Below are positions 54,082 through 64,000 of a stretch of DNA of 64,000 bases, piece by piece (within the stretch, counting starts at the first letter, position 1; the number at the start of each line of letters is the position of its first letter). The notes below the pieces were generated by a model, which did no database searches, was not told the DNA's origin, and was given only the letters and a program-made list of their open reading frames with translations. The stretch comes from Octopus vulgaris (lineage: Eukaryota), in the NCBI GenBank assembly GCA_951406725.2, contig OX597821.1:23250001-23314000 (forward strand), in the 5' to 3' direction. Made by a program: the position numbers and the translations under genes.

Positions 54082-54092
54082 AAAAAAAAAAA
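54082..54092 (-). terminator. Pol III oligo-T terminator (T11) of the tRNA gene
   Basis: Begins after a 2-nt spacer downstream of the discriminator base. Confidence 0.8.
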
Positions 54093-54094
54093 TG

Positions 54095-54188
54095 TGCCCC
54101 AGGTGAGGATCGAACTCACGACCTTCAGATTCCTCTAACTTTATGCTTGATTATGAGACTGACGCGCTGCCTACAGCGCTACCGAGGC
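54095..54188 (-). tRNA. tRNA-Met-CAT: Elongator tRNA-Met(CAT) with a 21-nt intron (54131-54151)
   Basis: GCCTCGG TA GCGC TGTAGGCA GCGC G TCAGT CTCATA [ATCAAGCATAAAGTTAGAGGA] A TCTGA AGGTC GTGAG TTCGATC CTCAC CTGGGGC A; full cloverleaf, B box, T-run; A14 is T. Confidence 0.93.
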
Positions 54189-54392
54189 CACTTATATTAC
54201 TTATATTTCACTTCATATTTTTACGCTTTCTTCCCTCACTTGTGTTTGACCATTTTCATGTATTACTTGTTTGACTCCTATTTGCTTCATAATATTACTC
54301 GCTTTATTTGCGGGATTTCCATCTGTCTATCTATCTATTTGTTTATATATTTGTCTGTTTAGTTCTATATCTATTTAGTTATATATCTGTCC

Positions 54393-54513
<121 letters not shown>

Positions 54514-56357
54514 ATCAAAGAAGTAAGCTGATGAACTTATGTAGACACGCAACCAAATTTAAAATGTCAAATATAAATATACCATATGGATAGAGTATAT
54601 ATTTTGTATTTTTGATTTTTGAAATTTTGATTTTGACTCTTGGACTAGTATGTAAACGCGACGATGGATTTGTTTCGCGCTATGCAGATTTTTTGTGCTT
54701 AAGCACACACATACACGACTGTATGTGTATGTATCCATTTGAACTTGTGTGTTTGTATACTTGTCTCTATATATATGTCAATAACGTGGTTACATAGCTT
54801 GTATACATAATTTTTCTTATTTCGTTTTTTCCCCACCTCTCCTTTTTCTTTTTTCCTTCCCCTTTCTTCGTTCCTTTTCTCTCTCTTCCTTTCTTTCGTT
54901 TTTTCTCTAACTGATACTGGTGCATATAACTTTACGTCCCCCTCACTTACTTTAAGGAACGCTACATTAGCATCCATGATTTTAACTTGCGTGCGAGATA
55001 GATTGCGTATACATATGTATGCATGCATTTGTGTGTATATTTTAGATTTATATTTATACGTCTGTATATGTATGGCGTTTGCACGCATCCTTCTGTGTAT
55101 GTTGATCTATATATGTACACTTTAATATGAATATGTATTGCAGTGTAATATTTATAATGCATTTTAATTTCTATGTATTAATTATATTTCCTTCATTAAC
55201 GTCAATATGTATTTTATTCAATGTAAGGTTATTTCCTCGAATTTTATAATTTTTATAATTTTTTTATATATATATACATATATATTTTTGAGCTCATTTT
55301 TTGTTTATCGCTCGAAGATTGATCGTTATTTCTAAAGGGCCAATCAAACAAGTCCATTTTTTAAAGGTGTAGCGTTTGTAAGAGTCTGGATTGAATTGAT
55401 ATATCGGTTCCATTCTAACAAAAACTGTCTGATGAACGGCAACGAGAAACTCAGAGTAACAGATTTTGTTGAATTTTCTGCTGCTTTAAATAAAGCATAT
55501 TACTCTACCACTGGTATTTGTGTACTCTTTTTTCCACCTTGTTTCACATTTATGTGTTTAATCTGTCTGTCTATGTATGTATGTATGTATGTATGTATGT
55601 ATGTATGTATGTATGTATGTATGTATGTATGTATGTATGTATATGTGTGTTCATGCATATCTGTGCATATATGTTCTTCTGTACATACGTTTTATGTATG
55701 TTTATTCGAAAGCTGTTGATAACCTGCTGAAAGCTAGTGGCTTGTGGGCCAAAGTAATCGATATTGAATCAGCTATCGATTTATCGAGAATCACTCAAGC
55801 TCGTAGACACATTAGTACAAAAAGTCACACTCATAGACGCATTGATGCATATACTTGCACACATATATAGATACATCCATCCATCCATCCATCCATCTAT
55901 CCATCCATACATCCATCCATACATACATACATACATACATACATACATACATACATACATACATACATACATACATACACACATACATACATACATACAT
56001 ACATACATACATACATACATACATACATACACATATACATACATATAACACGAATTCTCTCACATACAAACGTGCATAGAAAGCTGTATATAAATGTACA
56101 CAGACATAGACACACTATCACGCATACTACACACACATCGATACACATAAATACTCTCACATACATACACACACACACATCTGCACTTATGCACACACAC
56201 ACATACACACACATCTTTAAACTTACGCGTTCACTCACACGCATATATAAACTCTAACATACAAAAGCGCCCATCCCCACGCGAATGCACACACATTTTT
56301 ACACACACACACACATGTACAATCGCATCCATATACAGACGCACACTTACACACATG

Positions 56358-56413
<56 letters not shown>

Positions 56414-57109
56414 CAATCGCATCCATATATAGACGGAAACTTACACACATGCACACATATACACACACACACACACACACATGTGCGCGCGCACATACAG
56501 CTTCTTCGACAAAGTACAAACAAGTTTTAAACAGCCAGTGCAGACCAATGACAAAAGATCGATATTTCCAGAATATTCGAGGACATTCCTGTTTTTTTAA
56601 TTGTTTACTTGTTTCAGTCACTGAACTGCGGCCATGCTGGGATACTACATTCATCTATTTTCAACAAAATCTATATCCATCTCTTATCATTCTGTCTGTA
56701 TTTAGAACTAAACCGGAGGCAGACTTTTGCATAACACACCTTAACTCTCTTTCCCCCATCTCTTTTTGTTCCTCCTCCTCCTTCACTCTAGCTCTCTCTT
56801 ACTCTCTATCAATTTATTTAGCTCTGAATGAATACCGTGTTCAATAGTCCTGAATTAGACTTTATTCATCGTCCAGTTTAACACTACGACTGCCCCTTGG
56901 GTGCCTTTGAACGGAGACCACTCTGTTGCTAGCACTCGAGCTATGTTACCAGTTTGAGGAAACTTTCCTCTTTCCTTCACTCCCTCAATTCTCGGAGGAC
57001 CTTTAAAAGGTCATGGGTACTGCCTTTTCTTCTGACTAAAAGATTTTAAATACATGCCAAACTCAAAATCGCCGGTCATGTGCCTAAATTCAAAGCTGTT
57101 ATTATTATT

Positions 57110-57574
57110 GAGTGAGAGAGCAGCGCATGCCATCAAAGTGACACTTAGGTAAAATATACGAAGTCAAATACACCCATTATGACTACCCGTCCAATAAGGG
57201 TACACCAGGCACATACATCACAACCATATGTGCGCGACATGGTAATCTCATATCAAGAGTAACAGTTCATGAGCTTGCATATAGGGCCCAATTAGAATTT
57301 CTTCAGGTCAAGTAGCCCATCCCGCTCAAAACGCCCCGAATAAGGGTTGTTTAAGGCTGTTGAATGAAACACCTGTTTCCGGAGGTGAATTATTCAAACC
57401 TCTCAGGACATGATGTTAGGATGCTCTCCCACTACTTCTTCTAGTGATCAGAGATGCACATATCGTCAGCCACTAAAGGACATGCTCAACTGATTATGGT
57501 CAAACAACTGACAAGCAAAACTGTGGTATTGAGCAGAATATTTGTTGTAGCCCATCTTTTATATCAAGACAAAA

Positions 57575-57575
<1 letters not shown>
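57110..57575. mobile_element. About 460-bp complex sequence bounded by (TTA)n on both sides; probable retroelement 3' UTR
   Basis: TTATTATTATT left flank, long (TTA)n right flank; no ORF. Confidence 0.4.
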
Positions 57576-57632
<57 letters not shown>

Positions 57633-57642
57633 GTTATTGTTA

Positions 57643-57698
<56 letters not shown>

Positions 57699-57742
57699 GT
57701 TATTATCATCTTCATCATTATCATTATTATTATTATTATCAT

Positions 57743-58625
57743 GGCTACCATACTGTGAAGTCACAGAAATTTGGTGTCCGTAAGTTGAAAAAGTATTTGT
57801 AATCTTTTCGGCCTTCTCAGGCCCCGTTTTTTTTTACTTCTGCTGTTACCATTACATTTCGGAGATTGTCTAGATTGTGCACATAGTATTTTTGCGTAGA
57901 AACACCCCCTGTTTTGCAGGAGGTGCGCATAAATAATTTTTGAATTTTAATTGCTTTCGGCAAAAACAAATATTTCGCAATTTTCTGCAATTTTTAAAAG
58001 ATGGCTGATAAAGAAGCCATCATAATGTTCGATAAAGGAAAGCGCCCCTTGAGAAATTTTGAGAACAAGGAAAAAAATGAGAACATCGAATGGCTTAAAC
58101 TTAATGACGTCTCCGTGGCGAAAAATGTTTCGTCTCTAAGCAACGTCAAAACTTCAGGTGTCTCAAAGAGAACAACAACAGCAACAGAGATGAGAGAAGT
58201 GTAGCTCCATCGGACGTGATAGAAGATATCGCATGATGCACGGTCACATGCCGCTGCATCGAAGTCAAGTCTCAGCGGGTGGGAAATGCTCTCGAGAGCG
58301 AAGTATAAAAATACCTTGGGTGCGTGTGGGAACAGAAGACACACATCACCCGAGGAAAGAAATATGGAACCATTCAGGTGAGATTTGTGACGGAAGTAGA
58401 AGCCAAATGTAATTCCAGAACCACTTTGAAGAATGACAACTTTTTCATAATCCCCAGCTATCGCGGCCATCGTCTTGCTAAGATTAGGGGGCTGAATGTG
58501 CCACCAGAAATATCCATTTCCTGGTTAGTGGCGGCCGTCCTGGCAGGTTTAGAAGAAGACGAAGTCTCAATACGGGAGGTGCAGAAACTACCTAAGCAAA
58601 ACTGGTCAGGTAGAGGTATGGAACA
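57743..58625 (+). mobile_element. 5' part of a related Tx1-like element (5' UTR plus decayed ORF1)
   Basis: ITRGKKYGTIQVRF...IIPSYRGHRLAKI...VPPEISISWL aligns with ISRGVKHATVWLLF...LLPSYCERKLIRA...LPQGTEADWI of ORF 25249; starts GGCTACCA..CTGTGA like 24800. Confidence 0.78.
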
Positions 58626-58667
58626 TGTATATATTTGCATTTTATATCTTCATAATTGTACTTTATA

Positions 58668-58683
58668 ATCTCTGACGAGGTCT

Positions 58684-58758
<75 letters not shown>

Positions 58759-58851
58759 TAACTCATTTTTAACTGCATATTGCCTCAATACATCTGACTA
58801 ATATAGGCACAATGAGATACCCTTATCTACAGGCTGAAACAGCTGTAAGAT
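58668..58851 (+). ncRNA. Hammerhead whose loop II contains a (TA)n array
   Basis: ATCT-CTGACGA-GGTCT ... AGGCT-GAAAC-AGCT-GTA-AGAT. Confidence 0.55.
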
Positions 58852-58889
58852 CCATTTTATATGTATTATTTTTATGGTATTATCTTACT

Positions 58890-59080
58890 TATTGATGTAT
58901 ATTGTTTTATTCTGTTGGATTTGGATGTTCCTATTTAATTAGTTAATAAATTATATGAATTGGTATTATCTGTAAGTTGATGATTGAAAGGAATCTATTC
59001 CTCCATTTTCTTATTTTGTATTATGAATTTGGGGTAAAACATTTTACCTTCGCCCATCTAATACGATAAATGAACTAACT
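58890..59080 (+). repeat. Interspersed repeat also at 63800-64000 (probable PLE terminal repeat)
   Basis: Shared TTCCTCCATTTTCTTATTTTGTATTATGAATTTG.GGTAAAACATTTTACCTTCGCCCAT. Confidence 0.8.
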
Positions 59081-59197
59081 GCATTGCAATTGTAAGCATT
59101 TATGTATTAGCTTTTTGGGTACTTCACTGGCAGTATATTGGATAACTGATATCCCATAGTGGGTTACACTCATAACCCCTATCTCACTCTGTACTTT

Positions 59198-59270
<73 letters not shown>

Positions 59271-60032
59271 TATCTTAATAATCACGATGCGCACTCTTAT
59301 TCTATCTCTTTTCTATCTCCCTCTCTTGTTTTCTTCCTTTCTGTTTTTCTCTCCTACCCTTCCCTATTCTTCTCCTTTCCCCTTTCACCGTTCTCCACTC
59401 TCTCTCTCTCTCTCGCTCTTCCTCCTTGACTCTCTCGTTGATCACACATGACTAACGGCCATTCTCTCTTTCTTCCACTTCCTTCCTTAAGATAAGACGT
59501 GCTTTTGTCTGTCTTTTCTCAAAGCTCGTTTTTCTAGCGTTCACTACTTCACATCGTCTTGGCTTGACAACCCTCGCCGTTAGTTTTTACTGTTTTGTTT
59601 TCACTATCCTGTTTTTGTACCCATTTTCACCCCCGCAAAAAAATCCTAAATTTTATTTAATTTGCTTAGCGGTAAGGACTTTTTTTATGCAGTCGCGTCT
59701 TGTCCTTACCTTCGAAACGCGTAGTAGATAAAACAGGGAACAACTGATGAAGGGAATGTTCTTTTTGGTGCATGTCTCGTTTCACTGTTTGTTAGTTTTT
59801 CGTTGTTCGAAAAATAAAAAGGTTCGTTTTCTATGTTTTTGATTTTTATGTTCTCGTTTCTCATTCTGTCCACATTTTTTTGATGTCCTGTACCCATGCA
59901 TAGATGTATATATACATATATATTAGGTATGTACATATATCTATGTATATATGCATATATATATGGAAAACAGAACAAGTAACACAAAGAACGACCCTTC
60001 ATCAATTGTCGGCTGTCTGTCTACTCATTTCC

Positions 60033-60034
<2 letters not shown>

Positions 60035-60073
<39 letters not shown>

Positions 60074-60164
60074 CGTCCACACACACACAAACACACACAC
60101 ACACACACATGCACACATACATACATACACACACACACATACATACATACATACATACATACAT

Positions 60165-60195
<31 letters not shown>

Positions 60196-60259
60196 TACAT
60201 ACATACATACATACATACATACATACATACATACATACATACATACATACATACACACA

Positions 60260-60291
<32 letters not shown>

Positions 60292-60294
60292 CAT

Positions 60295-60325
<31 letters not shown>

Positions 60326-60451
60326 TACATACATACATACATACATACACATACATACATACATACATACATACACACACACATACATACATACATACAT
60401 ACATACATACATACATACATACATACATACATACATACATACATACATACA

Positions 60452-60483
<32 letters not shown>

Positions 60484-60486
60484 CAT

Positions 60487-60519
<33 letters not shown>

Positions 60520-60616
60520 TACATACATACATACATACACATACATACATACATACATACATACATACATACATACATACATACATACATACATACATAC
60601 ATACATACATACATAC
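60035..60616. repeat. (TA)n/(CA)n/(CATA)n microsatellite
   Basis: Direct reading. Confidence 0.97.
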
Positions 60617-61096
60617 CGGCTTTCAACTACTTGGCTTCGTGCCTGCGTCTCATAAATACCATATTCATCTTTGGACACGCACGCGCGCACACGCACACAC
60701 ACACACACACTCACACAAACTTGCGCGTGTGCATACATGTAGCTCCAAATATATGCGTGTGTGAGTGTGTTTCTGTATGTATGTAATTTATGTATACAAA
60801 CACATACACATACATACACACACACACCTGTACTCCTTTATGTATGTATAAATACACGTCGACAGGTATATAAATATCCATATACATAAAGACGTGTCAT
60901 TCTGATATTTGCTTTTTCTATATTATAACTATGTTCTATTAAATTATGTTAATTTCCATCGTGGCGTTGTTGTTTATAGTTATATGTTCTCATCGTTCTA
61001 TTTGAGCTAATTTATCTGGATCGTGGTCGCATAGAATTATTGTCATTTCATTTTCTATTTTTCAGCTGGATGAATGTAGTAGGTTAGCTTTCCGCT

Positions 61097-61317
61097 AAGG
61101 CGGCGAGCTGGCAGAAACGTTAGCACGCCGGGCGAAATGCGTAGCCGTATTTCGTCCGCCGCTACGTTCTGAGTTCAAATTCCGCCGAGGTCGACTTTGC
61201 CTTTCATCCTTTCGGGGTCGATAAATTAAGTACCAGTTACGCACTGGGGTCGATATAATCGACTTAATCCGTCTGTCTGTCCTCTCTGTGTTTAGCTCCT
61301 TGTGGGTAGTAAAGAAA
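61097..61317 (+). mobile_element. SINE B with Tx1-like tail
   Basis: 17-bp TSD TAGGTTAGCTTTC(C/T)GCT (61080-61096 and 61318-61334). Confidence 0.92.
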
Positions 61318-61605
61318 TAGGTTAGCTTTCTGCTCTAGTGTGCGCATAACATCTATAACTTGTCTAAGTGTTGCATAGTCTAAGTGCAATGAAATAATTT
61401 TTACCACAGTGTTGTCTATCGAACCGCCATGTCTATCTTTAGTATATAGGTTGACTACTACAGTTGTTTCCTTTTCTTTCTTTCTTTTTTTCTCCTTTTT
61501 TTTTTCGTTATATTCACACCAACGATCTTCTAGTTTTTCACCTAAATTGCAGGCTGGCTTCTAAAATAAGCTGTCAGAATTCCTGCAATATTCTTCTACG
61601 CATAA

Positions 61606-61852
61606 AGGCGTCGAGCTGGCAGAAACGTAAGCAAGCCAAAGGCGGCATGATGGCAGAAACGTTAGCATGCCGGGCGAAATGCTTAGCGGCATTTCGTCTG
61701 CCGTTACGTTCTGAGTTCAAATTCCGCCGAGGTCGACTTTGCCTTTCATCCTTTTGGGGTCGATAAATTAAGTACCAGTTAAGCACTGGGGTCGATATAA
61801 TCAAGTGGCCCCCCTCCCCCCAAATTTCGGGTCTTGTGCCAAAAGTAGAAAG
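61606..61852 (+). mobile_element. SINE B with duplicated head and GTAGAAAG-type tail
   Basis: Two head starts (about 61606 and 61640). Confidence 0.82.
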
Positions 61853-62186
61853 AATATGCATCTCTATGCGGTTTACCACATCTTTAATGAGACGTAACAA
61901 ATTTTACTGACGGGTTTCTTTTGAAGATAGAATCGGTATATCCGACTGATAAAGCTTGTTTCCAAACCACATGGTTCCGAGTTCAGTCCCACTGCGTGGC
62001 ATCTTGGGCAGGTGTCTTTTACTATAGCCTCGGGACGACCAAACCCTTGTGAGTGGATTTGGTAAACGGAAACTGAAAGAAGCCCATCTTATATATAGTT
62101 GAAATTTACAGAAAAACAAAAGACGAAGACAGGTGTATAAACAACAAACAGGTGTATTAGTTTAACGCTCGGGAAGGTGAGAAAGT

Positions 62187-62222
62187 CTTTTACGTTTCGA
62201 GCCTACGCTCTTCAACAGAAAG
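62187..62222 (-). ncRNA. Minimal hammerhead (A6T variant) in element about 62098-62265 that abuts the internal TA tract of a SINE A
   Basis: CTTT-CTGTTGA-A-GAGC gtag GCTC-GAAAC-GTA-AAAG. Confidence 0.62.
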
Positions 62223-62460
62223 GAACACGAGGAAATAAACAGAGAGAGAATTAAAATGTGTACAAATAAGCATTACATTTGATCAAGTAGTCTGAATGCT
62301 AAAGCACAAAATTCGAATAGCACACAGCAAAAAAAAAAAAAAAAAGAATTAACATTACAGTGTGTTATGACGTGAGTTGTACACGTCGGGTATAAAAATG
62401 GTTACGATATTAAATTAACACAGTAATCAATACGGACGATCAACGCTATCGACTATTACC

Positions 62461-62694
62461 TATTTCTTTACTATCCACAAGGGGCTAAACACAGAGGGGA
62501 CAAACGAGGACAGACAAACGGATTAAATCGATTATATCGACCCCAGTGCGTAACTGGTACTTAATTTATCGCCCCCGAAAGGATGAAAGGCAAAGTCGAC
62601 CTCGGCGGAATTTGAACTCAGAACGTAACGGCAGACGAAATACGGCTACGCATTTCGCCCGGCGTGCTAACGTTTCTGCCAGCTCGCCGCCTTT
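62461..62694 (-). mobile_element. SINE B with Tx1-like tail
   Basis: 16-bp TSD GCTATC(G/A)ACTATTACC (62445-62460 and 62695-62710). Confidence 0.92.
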
Positions 62695-62975
62695 GCTATC
62701 AACTATTACCGTTGCCAACTGACACAGTTTCTTTATTTGATTGCAATGCGCCTGTCCACTTTCAGTGACGTGAGGAAAGTGGGGAGTCGGGGGTCCGTCC
62801 ACAATACCGTGACTAGTTACAGGTTGTTGTCGCTGTTGTTGTTATCGTGTTTGTCCTCTTTCTGTTGTGTCAAATAGTTTGTAGCTTGTCGTGTGTTTAG
62901 TTTTTGTTTTTGTTTTTGTTGTGTTCAATCATGCCACAAACAGCTTGACATAACAAAGGCAGTAACAAGAAAAAC

Positions 62976-63052
<77 letters not shown>

Positions 63053-63219
63053 ATGCGATATATATAATTGATTGGGTGTATACAAAAATTGATTATTTGA
63101 TTAAATAAACAAAAACCAAATGAAAATCAAATGACCAAACCAATCAATGAATCACATTCGTTAACGTCATCATCGTTTATGCTCACAGAGTAGACTTTGC
63201 TTGTGTGTGTGTGTGTGTG

Positions 63220-63738
63220 TGTAGTAAGAATGTTACTTCCCAACCACTTGGTTCCGGGTTCAGCCCTACTATGTAACACCTTGGGCTTACTAAAGCCGTG
63301 TGAGTGGATTTGATAGACGGAACCTGAAAGAAGCCCGTCGTATATACATGTGTGTATGTATGTATGTATGTATGTATGTATGTATGTATGTATGTATGTA
63401 TGTATGTATGTATGTATGTATGTATGGATGGATGGATGGATGGATGAATGGATGGATGAATGGATGTACATATGCGTGTGTGCGTGCGTGTATGTGTGTG
63501 CGTGTGTTTACGTGTGTACGTGCCTTTGTGTCTGTTTGTCCCTCACCACCGCTTGACAACCAGCGTTGATGTGTTTATGTACCCGTAATTTAGCGATTCG
63601 GCAAAAGTGACCGATAGGATAAGTACTAGGCTAAAAAAAAAATGAAGTCCTGGGGCCAATTTGTTCGACTAAAACCCTTCAAGGTGATGCCCCCAGTTTG
63701 CCCACAGTAAAATGACTGGAACAAGTAAAATTAAAAGG
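63220..63738 (+). mobile_element. Diverged SINE A
   Basis: Recognisable head, core and tail. Confidence 0.78.
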
Positions 63739-64000
63739 TGAAAGCTATATATATGTATATATTTATTTATACGTATTGTACTGATGGTATCATATTACTC
63801 ATTGATGTGTACTGTTTTGTTCTGTATTATTGTGTTTGATCTTGATGTTCCTATGTAGTTGGTTAATAAATTATGTGAATGGGTATGATCTGGTAGTTGA
63901 TGATTGATTAAAGTGTATTCCTCCATTTTCTTATTTTGTATTATGAATTTGAGGTAAAACATTTTACCTTCGCCCATATAATACAATAAATGAATTAATT

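Overview
Gene-poor, AT-rich animal DNA, most likely Octopus (inferred from the SINE repertoire and the very high density of (TA)n/(TACA)n/(TAA)n/(CA)n/(TATC)n repeats). Most ORFs in the supplied track are microsatellite artefacts, and no host protein-coding gene can be supported. The real content is: (i) an elongator tRNA-Met(CAT) gene with a 21-nt canonical intron (54095-54188, minus strand); (ii) Penelope-like elements (PLEs) of at least two lineages and about ten minimal hammerhead ribozyme motifs, two with a compensatory U3-A8 core; (iii) Tx1/L1-type retroelements, including an ORF1-only element inserted with a 15-bp TSD at the same nucleotide of a tRNA-derived SINE as a second, different 3'-end fragment; (iv) R4/Dong-like RLE LINE fragments next to (CATA)n, and RTE fragments; (v) a Chapaev3 transposon, Tc1/mariner relics and several MITEs; (vi) four modular tRNA-derived SINE families, labelled A-D here. 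All calls were made by eye, no searches were run, and element boundaries are approximate unless a TSD is given.
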